The notes beneath the pieces were generated by a model. It had not been told where the DNA came from. It saw only the letters and a list, made by a program, of their open reading frames with translations, and searched no databases. A program made the position numbers and the translations under genes. 64,000 nt of DNA from an uncultured Lachnospiraceae bacterium (GTDB taxonomy: Bacteria; Bacillota; Clostridia; Lachnospirales; Lachnospiraceae), in NCBI GenBank assembly GCA_964614185.1, contig CAZTKJ010000007.1, positions 5,592-69,591 on the forward strand, written 5' to 3'. The stretch's first letter is position 1, and each line of letters starts with the position of its first letter. This document shows positions 50,642-59,897 of the stretch, piece after piece.

Positions 50642-51986
50642 ACTCTTCTGTCAGTCTCACTACTTCTCCGTTTTTTATTTCTTTTGTGGAAGACGTTATG
50701 ATCCTGCTGTTAGCGTCAAGGGCGCCTTCTACCGCTACCCAGCTTTCGTTTTCATCCTGTATCCTCACAGTGACTTGTTCTACATAATATTCCGTACCGA
50801 GAATGCCCTCTCTTTCTTTTAGCACGTAAACAAAACTTCTGGTATTTTCCGTATGTACTGCCTCCGGCGTTACACAGCAGGAATGCTTTTCCCCGCTCTC
50901 TGAGTGACTCATGGTTCCTGACAAGCCCGGCACTCCCGTCCCTTCGGGAAGATTAATATACGCTTCATAGCTTCCGGGCATGGAAGTGCTTTCTAAAAGA
51001 TAATCTATGGTAGCATCCTTATCCCTGCTGCTTCCATCCAGCTTAAGAGCCACCTTATCATTCAATCCTACATATTTTTTCTGTTCCTTGGTGATCACTG
51101 TCTTAAACTGGCAGGGTACTGAATCATCTGCCATAAGCATAATGGCCGAGTCGGAAGTTCTGCCTCCTGTCCGGATATATACGTCCGTGATCAATCCGCC
51201 CTGCAATGCTCTGATCTGTCCTTCTGCATTCTTGATCTCCTGGAATTTCTGCAAATCAGCCTGAAGATTTGCAAGTTCTAACTGATTTATCTTTAAGATA
51301 GAATCTTCATTTTCCGGCGAAGTAATGTCTTCTACCTTTCTCCCTGCTTCCTTTATGGCATTATCCCTTCTCCATTTTGCATCTGCTTCTGCATATGCTG
51401 CCTGCTGGAGCGCATCGAACAATGTTTCATCCACCTCTCCTTCTCCCATTCCTCCTTCAATCTGATCGGCTATCTCATTCTCTATCTTGCTATATTCTTC
51501 TGCTGCTCTGCCTACCAGTGTATCTTCATATCTTGCCTGTGCATCATAGTCTTCCCTGGCCCGCTGTTCTTCCAGCTCTTTTTTTTGTCTTTCCAGCTCT
51601 TCATTTTCCAGAATAGTATTGATCTGTGTCTGCAGTTTGGAAATTTCTACCTGTTTTGCATTCATAATATTGGCAAGGTCTTCCAGATCTACCGTAAAGA
51701 GCACATCTCCCTCTTCCACCCGGTCTCCTTCCTGCACCATCAGCTTATCCACCCGAAGACCATTCAAAGTGGTAATGGGGTTTTTATCTCCGGCCACTAC
51801 AATACCCTCTGCATTTACAATATGCTCCACGTATTTCTGTTCCACGGTCTCTGTTGACACAATAGGCAGCCGTGACGCATAAATACTTTTGGAAATCACT
51901 GTACAAAGCCACATGAATACTAAAAATATTAAAAAACCTGTGACTATTTTTTTCTTTCTGCTATCCTCCAAGGTGTCATCCTCCAT
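50640..51986 (-). CDS. membrane fusion protein / efflux periplasmic adaptor-like
   Basis: N-terminal TM, split lipoyl half-motifs (VQEGDRVEEGDVLF; GGLITDV), long coiled coil, membrane-proximal C-terminus. Confidence 0.85.
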   Translation of the reverse strand: MEDDTLEDSRKKKIVTGFLIFLVFMWLCTVISKSIYASRLPIVSTETVEQKYVEHIVNAEGIVVAGDKNPITTLNGLRVDKLMVQEGDRVEEGDVLFTVDLEDLANIMNAKQVEISKLQTQINTILENEELERQKKELEEQRAREDYDAQARYEDTLVGRAAEEYSKIENEIADQIEGGMGEGEVDETLFDALQQAAYAEADAKWRRDNAIKEAGRKVEDITSPENEDSILKINQLELANLQADLQKFQEIKNAEGQIRALQGGLITDVYIRTGGRTSDSAIMLMADDSVPCQFKTVITKEQKKYVGLNDKVALKLDGSSRDKDATIDYLLESTSMPGSYEAYINLPEGTGVPGLSGTMSHSESGEKHSCCVTPEAVHTENTRSFVYVLKEREGILGTEYYVEQVTVRIQDENESWVAVEGALDANSRIITSSTKEIKNGEVVRLTEE

Positions 51987-52022
51987 TTCATACTTCCTTT
52001 TTATCCCTTCAAATGTTACACT

Positions 52023-52898
52023 CTACTCCTTTAATCCTGAAAAAATAATTCCCTGTTCCAAATAATCCTGACCCCAAATGAAAACAAAGACTGCCGGAAT
52101 CAATGTAATAATTGATGTTGTAAAGGCGTATCCGGCCTGGGCCCATGTGATTTCAGGAAGGTACAGTGATAATGGCCACAAAGACTTATCCTCCAGAAAA
52201 GCCATAGGCTGTTCCATCATATTCCAATATTCCAGGAATCCAAGAACCATCGCTGATAATAATCCGCTTTTTCCTAATGGAAGTCCTATTTTAAAGAGAA
52301 TCTTTAACTCTCCTGCCCCGTCAATCCGTGCTGCCTCCAGCAGCTGTATGGGAATACCTCTGAATCCGCCATAGGTGAGGAAAACGGGAAACGTAGAAAA
52401 GACTGCCGGCAAAATTACTGCCGACTGTGTATTGAGCATTCCCAGTTTACTGAGAACCAGATAACTGGACAGCATAGTAACCTGAAAAGGCAGAAGCATC
52501 AATACTACATAAAGTACGAATAATACCCTGCTTCCTTTTACTTTATATACTGCAAATGCCCAGGCGGCAGGAATTCCTATAAGAAGCTGTCCTGCCAAAA
52601 TGCATCCTACCATCTTAACAGAATTCCAGAATAGTACAAAAAATTGCGGCGTCATGAAAAGTAATCTGCCATAATTTCCAAAGGTAGGATAATTAGGTAT
52701 TAATTTCCAGCTTATGTATTCCATTGCATCTGAAAAAACCGGCGACAGATGCTGTTGCAGTTCTCCATTACTCATAACGGAACCTGTCACCAATAATACA
52801 ATGGGCAGACAGACAAGGAGCGTAGGAATCATGATCAGGAAAACAGTTATTCCCTTTTTTATATTTTTTAGCTGTATTTTTAAATCTCGCAAATTCAT
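52023..52898 (-). CDS. carbohydrate-type ABC permease (MalG-like)
   Basis: QLLEAARIDGAGE EAA loop, LEYWN..PLSLYL. Confidence 0.9.
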   Translation of the reverse strand: MNLRDLKIQLKNIKKGITVFLIMIPTLLVCLPIVLLVTGSVMSNGELQQHLSPVFSDAMEYISWKLIPNYPTFGNYGRLLFMTPQFFVLFWNSVKMVGCILAGQLLIGIPAAWAFAVYKVKGSRVLFVLYVVLMLLPFQVTMLSSYLVLSKLGMLNTQSAVILPAVFSTFPVFLTYGGFRGIPIQLLEAARIDGAGELKILFKIGLPLGKSGLLSAMVLGFLEYWNMMEQPMAFLEDKSLWPLSLYLPEITWAQAGYAFTTSIITLIPAVFVFIWGQDYLEQGIIFSGLKE

Positions 52899-52913
52899 CC
52901 GATCTCCTCCGCT

Positions 52914-53801
52914 TTAGGCATCCTGCTTATCCCATAAGTGCTGCAGCAGCATGATCACAATAAATAGGAATCCGCCTACACAGACTGCCGCCGCCGCCAT
53001 CTTATCAAAATCCAGATTGACAAACCAGTTATTGAATAAGTGCTGTAGCAGATACATATCCTGCTGGGGATAAGCTCCTGCCACCAAATAAGCCTCCCTG
53101 TATATTTTAAAAGAATTTAAAAAGGAGAGAATCACTATGGTATAGAGGCTTCCTTTTAAATTGGGCAATATTATTTTAAAAAAGCACTGTCTCTCAGAAG
53201 CTCCATCTACCCTTGCCGCCTCCAGCAGTTCATTAGGAATACTCAGAATTCCTGCCAGCCAAAGAACAATTGTATATCCTGTATTCTTCCATATATAACT
53301 GAATACCAGTACCCAGAAAGCAGCGCTGCTTCCTAAATAATCCCGATATGTTTCCCCCCACAGACCGGTTCCCTCTCCCAGTTTCGTTAACAGCAGATTC
53401 AAAAACCCCTGCTTATAAAAAACCATTTTCCACACAATCACTATAGTTGCTGTAGGCATGGCAAGGGGAAACAAATACAGCGACTTAACGGTTCCCATAC
53501 TTTTCAGTTTGCTGATAGGCAGGGCCAGCATAAGGCCGATCACTACCAATAGCGGAATACACACCAAAGTAAAGCGGAATGTATTTTTAACTGCCAAAAG
53601 AAAAGCCTGATTGGCACAAATTGTCTGGTAGTTCTGAAATCCTACAAACTGACTTGTTACAACTGTCTTAAATGACCGTCCAAACACATCCAGAAAGGGC
53701 AGCATTACAAAGATCAATACTCCTAACAGACTGGGAACCATAAACAAGGCAAATGCCTGAGTATCCTTATGCTTCCTGATACCGGACTTGTGTATTTTCA
53801 T
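52914..53801 (-). CDS. carbohydrate-type ABC permease (MalF-like)
   Basis: WKNTGY..LAGILSIP.ELLEAARVDGA. Confidence 0.9.
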   Translation of the reverse strand: MKIHKSGIRKHKDTQAFALFMVPSLLGVLIFVMLPFLDVFGRSFKTVVTSQFVGFQNYQTICANQAFLLAVKNTFRFTLVCIPLLVVIGLMLALPISKLKSMGTVKSLYLFPLAMPTATIVIVWKMVFYKQGFLNLLLTKLGEGTGLWGETYRDYLGSSAAFWVLVFSYIWKNTGYTIVLWLAGILSIPNELLEAARVDGASERQCFFKIILPNLKGSLYTIVILSFLNSFKIYREAYLVAGAYPQQDMYLLQHLFNNWFVNLDFDKMAAAAVCVGGFLFIVIMLLQHLWDKQDA

Positions 53802-53813
53802 CAGCTTCCCTCC

Positions 53814-56261
53814 CTACTCCGCAAGATAAATTGCCATTTTCTTTTCAATGGAATCTAACGCCTCTGAAAGGCTCTTTCGCCCTTGCATGTAAGCGATACC
53901 TTCTTCGTATACCGCGTTCTCCAGAACCGTATCCTCGATATACGGAATCTTCACAGATTCCATATAAGCCTGCAATTCCGCAACTTGTGACTGACTTGGA
54001 CAGTAGACAGACAGAGAAATCATGTGTCCCTCATAATTATTTGTGGCAAGGCCGCCCCACCGTTCATCTGTGCCGTCTCCTGCCTCAGAGGCAAATCCCT
54101 CCAGAAAAGCCGCCTTGTTCACCGGCAGACCTCCATACAAGTTACTCTGATTTTCTTTTCCAAACAATGCTTTCACAAAATCTTCCGCCGCCTCAGTCTG
54201 CTCCGATGCCGCACTGATTCCAAGCAATGTCTTTGCGAAAAAAACATTTTCACACTGTCCGTTCATTGGCACCCATCCACAGTTTTCATATCCCTGAACC
54301 CTTGAAACGGAAACCATCTCCGCGTAAGTCCAAAATCTGTCGATATATCCCCACACTCCATCAACCATACCTCCTGTAAACCTAAGACAATCCATGGATA
54401 TTCTCATGGTATCCGTTTCGTCCCAGGGCGCACCAAATTCTTCTTCTGAAAAAGCGTTCCAATCGGTCTCGTACGCCTCCAATATATAGTCCGCTATACC
54501 ATCCATCTGCGCATCGTAGATTCTCTTCGTCTGTTTCAGGAATTCCGAAATCATCTCCCGATCCACTGCTCCATCTTCCGTCATCCACACAGGTTCGGAT
54601 ACCGGGGAAAACATCCGCATGATCCCTTTTTCCGTATACAGTTTAAGCAAATCTCCTTCCGGATGGTTCTTTCTAAGCTTTTCTACCGCATCCGCAATAT
54701 CTGACAGGTTCTTGATTCCTGTTATTTCTGATTTCCTGTTAACTATGGCCGGAAGCCGAACCTCACAGGGCATCATATAAATCCCCTCACCAGTTTTGAA
54801 GGCGTCCACAATATTGCCAAAAAGCTCATCTTCACCGCTCATATTGTTAAAGATCGGGCTTAAGTCGCGCAACACACCTTTCTCTATATAAGAATCCACA
54901 GGCATATCATCCAAAATAAGTATATCCGGCCCCTCTCCCGCCATGATCTTGGTATTGAGCCTCTTTAAGGCGTCTTCTCTCGTGACGGAATTACCACCTT
55001 CTATACCAACCTCATACTTCACATAAATCTCCGGATTATCAGTCTGATACTGATTAATTGCCTGCCTCATGGTTGCATTGTCTTTTAAGCTGTAGACATC
55101 AAGCTGTTTCACAGGGACAGTGGGAATATCCGCATCATAAACAAAATGTACGATCTTTCCGCCCGAAAACAATGCCATAAATTCATTGTTCTCCAATGCG
55201 ACCATACCTTCTATCACATAGGACGGATTACTGAAGATGCTTAAGTTTCCGTCTATGATCTGCTCCATGGCGCTGCCACCCACTACATGGCGGTAAAGTC
55301 CTTTATCTCCTGCAATATACAAAACACCGTCCTGATCCAGAAAGAAGAACATATCATACCAGTTACCACTGAGACCATTTCTGCCGTCATAGTTTTCTTT
55401 CACAAAATCCTCTAAGACCTCATCCTCTATATACTGCTTCTGTTCCATGTCATAGATCAGCGGCGATGCATAATCCCATCCGTCCATGAACATCATCCCA
55501 CCATAAAATTGTATCAAGTCCGGTGAACTATCCTCCGCCCTGAGAAACAGTTTGCTTGTTCCGTCTTCCAGAATTTCATAGATATTCGCGCTCTGAGTAG
55601 TGACAAAGATCCTGCCATCGTCCGATATATATGCATCTTTCAAACGGACATCCTCTTCCGTCAATTCCACTTCCACCGGTATCTCTGTTTTATCCGGCTT
55701 AATGATGAGAAGCTGCGGATTCAAAAGCACCCCTGTGTCATCCTGTGAATCTGTCTCTGTATCGTTATCTGCGTTGTTATCCTGCACAATCTCCGAGCCT
55801 TCTGCCTCGGTGCTTGCAGCATCCGAATCCGCCGCCTGATAGATCACCGCCACAGTATTATCGCCACCCACTGCCGCACTCATGATATAGTCGCCGCTTT
55901 CCACCATTCTGGTATTCCAGGTGCGCTTATCGTAAAACCATCTCTGTCCGCCATCCTTGGTGATCATAAAAGGACACCATGCGTCAGTAATGACCATCTG
56001 ACCATTGTTCAGCTTAAACAGACGATTGCTATTGCCTGAAAGACTGGCGCCGTCCCCAAAATACCCTGTTTTCTCCACGTAACGTCCCATAGGTGTACCT
56101 TCAGCATATTGCTGCGTACTCTGTCCGCCTGTACTGCTGCCTTGCACGCTATCCTGCCCATCTCCGGCTGCTCCGCCATTCCCACATCCTCCAAGCAAAG
56201 CAGATAAAACCACAAATGAGAGTATGATTGATATTATCCTCTTTTTTCCTGTTCTTCTCAT
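53814..56261 (-). CDS. large lipoprotein: Asp-box propeller-like region + solute-binding domain (copy 2)
   Basis: LGGC lipobox, GTPMGRYVE, TKDGGQRW, NTKIMAGEGPDILIL. Confidence 0.85.
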   Translation of the reverse strand: MRRTGKKRIISIILSFVVLSALLGGCGNGGAAGDGQDSVQGSSTGGQSTQQYAEGTPMGRYVEKTGYFGDGASLSGNSNRLFKLNNGQMVITDAWCPFMITKDGGQRWFYDKRTWNTRMVESGDYIMSAAVGGDNTVAVIYQAADSDAASTEAEGSEIVQDNNADNDTETDSQDDTGVLLNPQLLIIKPDKTEIPVEVELTEEDVRLKDAYISDDGRIFVTTQSANIYEILEDGTSKLFLRAEDSSPDLIQFYGGMMFMDGWDYASPLIYDMEQKQYIEDEVLEDFVKENYDGRNGLSGNWYDMFFFLDQDGVLYIAGDKGLYRHVVGGSAMEQIIDGNLSIFSNPSYVIEGMVALENNEFMALFSGGKIVHFVYDADIPTVPVKQLDVYSLKDNATMRQAINQYQTDNPEIYVKYEVGIEGGNSVTREDALKRLNTKIMAGEGPDILILDDMPVDSYIEKGVLRDLSPIFNNMSGEDELFGNIVDAFKTGEGIYMMPCEVRLPAIVNRKSEITGIKNLSDIADAVEKLRKNHPEGDLLKLYTEKGIMRMFSPVSEPVWMTEDGAVDREMISEFLKQTKRIYDAQMDGIADYILEAYETDWNAFSEEEFGAPWDETDTMRISMDCLRFTGGMVDGVWGYIDRFWTYAEMVSVSRVQGYENCGWVPMNGQCENVFFAKTLLGISAASEQTEAAEDFVKALFGKENQSNLYGGLPVNKAAFLEGFASEAGDGTDERWGGLATNNYEGHMISLSVYCPSQSQVAELQAYMESVKIPYIEDTVLENAVYEEGIAYMQGRKSLSEALDSIEKKMAIYLAE

Positions 56262-56287
56262 TATTGCCCCAACTTTCCTTTCAAACT

Positions 56288-58675
56288 TTATTCTGCGAGA
56301 TAAATTGCCAGTCTCTTTTCAATCTGATCTACAGCATCCTCTAAGCTTTGGGAACCCTGCATATAAGCAATCCCTTCTTCGTATACCGCATTTTCAAATG
56401 CATCATCTTCTACATAAGCCGTGGTTGCCGATTCCATCCATGTGACTAAATCATTAACTTCCTCTTCCTCCGGAACTCTGATTACAATATGCACATAAAG
56501 ACCGTCATCATTACTCAAAGTAAAAGAACCATATATATTATCTTTACTTTTATTCTTCCTGTTCTCAAAATCACCTAAAAGGGCTGCTTTATTAACTGCC
56601 ATACCGCCAAGCAGATTCATCTGATTTTCTTTGCCAAATACTGTCTTTACAAAATCCTCTGCCTGGGCGGGTTCTTTAGATGCTCCATTGATTCCTATCA
56701 ATGTTCTGGCCCAAAATACATTGCTGCACTGTCCGTTCATAGGAATTATTTCACAATCTTCAAATCCCTCCATAGTGGGTATGGATATCTGTCTTGCATA
56801 CTCTTCGGCATTCAACAAAGAACCCATGGCCAGTTTACGCAGATCTCCTGCAAACTGCACATCCCCTTCATACATCCTGATATCATCAGAATCCTCCATA
56901 GATTCACCGAGAGTTCTTACATAGTATGCACTTGTTTCATTCCACTCCCATATGGCCTGCTCCGGAAGGCCATCCATCTGTGCATCATAAATCCTCTTGG
57001 TCTGGGTCAAAAATTCTGCAATAGCTGCCTTGTCAATTTCTCCCTTTTCCGTTCTCCATGCCGGTGCCGATACCATGGAAAACATTCTCATAATTCCCTT
57101 TTCCGAGGCAATTTCCACCAGATTGGCTCCCGGATTATTTTTTCGAAGGGTTTCCATTCCATCTGCAATACCCTCTAAATCCTTCATCATCGTAACATCT
57201 TCTCCCCTGCCTAAAATAAAAGGCATCTGTACTTCACAGGGCATTGCATAGATCTTTCCCTCTTTTCTGAAAGCATCCACCATATTTCCCAAAAGCTCAT
57301 CTTCACCACTCATGCCATCCAGTATTGAGCTGATATCCATAAGCAGTCCCTTTTCAATATACGAATCCACAGGCATATTATCCAATATCAATACATCCGG
57401 TCCGTCTCCCGCCATAACCTTGGTATTCAGGCTTTTCAGAGCATCCTCCCTGGTAATGGAATTATTCTCGCCCATACCGATTTCGTATTCTACATAAACT
57501 GCCGGATTAGCCGTCTGATACAAGCTGATGGCCTGACGAATAGTGGCATTTTCCTGCAGACTGTATACTTTTACTTTGCCTGTAGGCACTGTGGGAATAT
57601 CAGGATTATAGGTGAAGCGCACCAGTTTTCCCTCTGTAAATAAAACCAGAAATTCATTATTCTCCAGCAGAACCATCCCTGCTATACTGTATGCAGGGTT
57701 TCCAAAAGTACTGAGATCTCCATCAATGATCTGCTCCATAACGCTGCCGCCAAGCACATGGCGGTATAAGCCTTTATCTCCTGCAATGTATATGACATTA
57801 TCCTTATCCGGCAGGAAAAACATGTCATAATATTCTCCGGAATAACTGTTTCTTCCTTTATAATTTTTCTCTATAAATTCTTCTAAAACCTCATCCTCTA
57901 TGTATTCATCAGTGTCCATGTCGTAAATCAAAAGAGAGTCATATCCCCATCCATCCATGAACATAAGATTATCATAAAACTGTATCAGTTCCGGGCGTCC
58001 ATCCTCTGCTGTGATGAATTTCTCACTGCTTCCATCTTCCTTTATTTCATATATATTAGAACCGAGGGTGCCTGCAAAGATTCTTCCCGTATCTGCAACG
58101 TATGCCGATGCTATCCAAAGATCTTCTTCCGTCAGCTCTACATCGGCTGTTATCTCAGTACCGTCAGGTTTAAATACAAGCAGTTGTGTATCCAGATCCT
58201 CTTCCCTTGAATCTTTTTCCATTGATTCTGCCCGGACAGCAGCTACTGTATTATCCGAACTTACTGATACACTCATAATATAACCATCATTAGCCATAAG
58301 CTTTGCAAACCACGGTTTTTTTGCCTCTCTCCAATTCTTCCCATTATCTCTTGATTCCAGCATAGAACCGCCACTGTCAACAATGATCAGAGTTCCGTCT
58401 TCCAGCTTATAAAGGCGGCTGCCTGATCCGGAAAGCTTAATTCCATTAGGAAATTCTACTGTTTCTTCCACATAACGGCCCATAGGTGTCCCCTCCGCCC
58501 ACTGACTGCCATCCTGGGAGTTTCCTGTATTACTTTCCATACCACTGTTTCCTATGGTATGCTCTGCCCCTTGTCCGGTTCCCATGCCGCATCCGCTTAT
58601 GATGCCAAAGAACATTGCTGTAATCAAAAATACCGCTGTGATTTTTGCTTTAACTGACATATACTGCCTCACCAT
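56288..58675 (-). CDS. large lipoprotein: Asp-box propeller-like region + solute-binding domain (copy 1)
   Basis: ISGC lipobox, GTPMGRYVE, SRDNGKNW, NTKVMAGDGPDVLIL. Confidence 0.85.
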   Translation of the reverse strand: MVRQYMSVKAKITAVFLITAMFFGIISGCGMGTGQGAEHTIGNSGMESNTGNSQDGSQWAEGTPMGRYVEETVEFPNGIKLSGSGSRLYKLEDGTLIIVDSGGSMLESRDNGKNWREAKKPWFAKLMANDGYIMSVSVSSDNTVAAVRAESMEKDSREEDLDTQLLVFKPDGTEITADVELTEEDLWIASAYVADTGRIFAGTLGSNIYEIKEDGSSEKFITAEDGRPELIQFYDNLMFMDGWGYDSLLIYDMDTDEYIEDEVLEEFIEKNYKGRNSYSGEYYDMFFLPDKDNVIYIAGDKGLYRHVLGGSVMEQIIDGDLSTFGNPAYSIAGMVLLENNEFLVLFTEGKLVRFTYNPDIPTVPTGKVKVYSLQENATIRQAISLYQTANPAVYVEYEIGMGENNSITREDALKSLNTKVMAGDGPDVLILDNMPVDSYIEKGLLMDISSILDGMSGEDELLGNMVDAFRKEGKIYAMPCEVQMPFILGRGEDVTMMKDLEGIADGMETLRKNNPGANLVEIASEKGIMRMFSMVSAPAWRTEKGEIDKAAIAEFLTQTKRIYDAQMDGLPEQAIWEWNETSAYYVRTLGESMEDSDDIRMYEGDVQFAGDLRKLAMGSLLNAEEYARQISIPTMEGFEDCEIIPMNGQCSNVFWARTLIGINGASKEPAQAEDFVKTVFGKENQMNLLGGMAVNKAALLGDFENRKNKSKDNIYGSFTLSNDDGLYVHIVIRVPEEEEVNDLVTWMESATTAYVEDDAFENAVYEEGIAYMQGSQSLEDAVDQIEKRLAIYLAE

Positions 58676-58731
58676 ACCCTTTTATTTTCTATTCATATAA
58701 ACCATGATCTGTTTCTGTTCTTACAGTTAAT

Positions 58732-58765
58732 ATCATATCAATCTTTTCTCTAAAGAATCTCTAAA
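58732..58765 (-). promoter_or_regulatory. extended -10 with a tandem direct repeat over the -35 region
   Basis: TGA-TATGAT; TTTAGAG twice at 11-bp period (58748-58754, 58759-58765); -35 non-consensus. Confidence 0.5.
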
Positions 58766-58824
58766 AAACAGGACCAAATAAATTTCAATGGTTTTTAAGC
58801 CAACTCATTTATTTAGTCCTGTTT
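58766..58824 (-). terminator. terminator after the aldo/keto reductase gene
   Basis: AAACAGGAC.AAATAAAT / ATTTATTT.GTCCTGTTT stem plus U-run. Confidence 0.7.
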
Positions 58825-58866
58825 ATAATTTCAATATTATTTTTTGCTGTCCTTGATCTGTAAAGA

Positions 58867-59862
58867 TCATTCCATCAGTATCTCATCAATTCTGTCGCAT
58901 TCCTCCTGCGAAAAATGAGTATTCTGAAGACATTTTATATTTTCTTTGATCTGCTCCGGTCTGCTGGCTCCAATCAGTACAGATGTTACCTTTTCATCTC
59001 TTAAGATCCATGCCAGCGCCATCTGTGTCAAAGTCTGACCTCTTTCCACTGCTATTTCCTGCAGCGCCCCTACTGTTTCCAGTTTCTCTTTGGAAATATC
59101 CTCACGATGAAGATAGGGACTCTTTCCGCTTCCTGCCCTGGAATCAGTAGGAATTCCTTTTATATATTTGCCTGTAAGGATTCCCTGAGCCAAAGGGCTG
59201 AATGCGATACATCCGATTCCGTTATTGTACAAAAAATCTTTGACGCCATCTGTTTCAATCCATCTGTTTAACATAGAATAGGAAAGCTGATTGATAATAA
59301 AGGGCGTTTTCTGCTCTTGCAAAATACGGTATGCTTCTTTAGTCTGTTCCTGATTATAATTGGAAATCCCTACGTAAAGCGCTTTGCCGCTTCTTACAAT
59401 CTGATCCAGAGCCTGCATGGTTTCTTCCATAGGCGTATCATTATCCGGACGATGATGGTAAAAAATATCCACATAGTCCAGTCCCAGTCTTTTAAGGCTT
59501 TCGTCCAGACTGCTGATCAAATACTTCCGTGAGCCTCCGTCACCATAAGGACCCTTCCACATATCGTATCCGGCTTTAGTGGAAATGACCATTTCTTTTC
59601 TGTAGGGCATCATATCCAACTTTAAGATTTTACCCATATTCATTTCTGCGCTTCCGTACACCGGACCATAATTGTTTGCAAGGTCAAAATGTGTAATTCC
59701 ATTGTCAAACGCCGTAAACAAAATCTGTTTCATGTTCTCTATACTATTGACTGAACCGAAACTGTGCCACATCCCAAGGGAAAGCGCCGGAAGCTTTAGT
59801 CCGCTCCTGCCACACCGGTTGTAGATCATATTCTCATATCTTGCTTCATTTGCCCTATACAT
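58867..59862 (-). CDS. aldo/keto reductase (YghZ/L-glyceraldehyde-3-phosphate reductase-like)
   Basis: FDLANNYGP, ISTKAGY, DIFYHHRPD, FSPLAQG; start moved to MYRAN. Confidence 0.92.
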   Translation of the reverse strand: MYRANEARYENMIYNRCGRSGLKLPALSLGMWHSFGSVNSIENMKQILFTAFDNGITHFDLANNYGPVYGSAEMNMGKILKLDMMPYRKEMVISTKAGYDMWKGPYGDGGSRKYLISSLDESLKRLGLDYVDIFYHHRPDNDTPMEETMQALDQIVRSGKALYVGISNYNQEQTKEAYRILQEQKTPFIINQLSYSMLNRWIETDGVKDFLYNNGIGCIAFSPLAQGILTGKYIKGIPTDSRAGSGKSPYLHREDISKEKLETVGALQEIAVERGQTLTQMALAWILRDEKVTSVLIGASRPEQIKENIKCLQNTHFSQEECDRIDEILME

Positions 59863-59897
59863 CTCTGCCTCCGTAAAAATCAAACCTGTAATAACCC

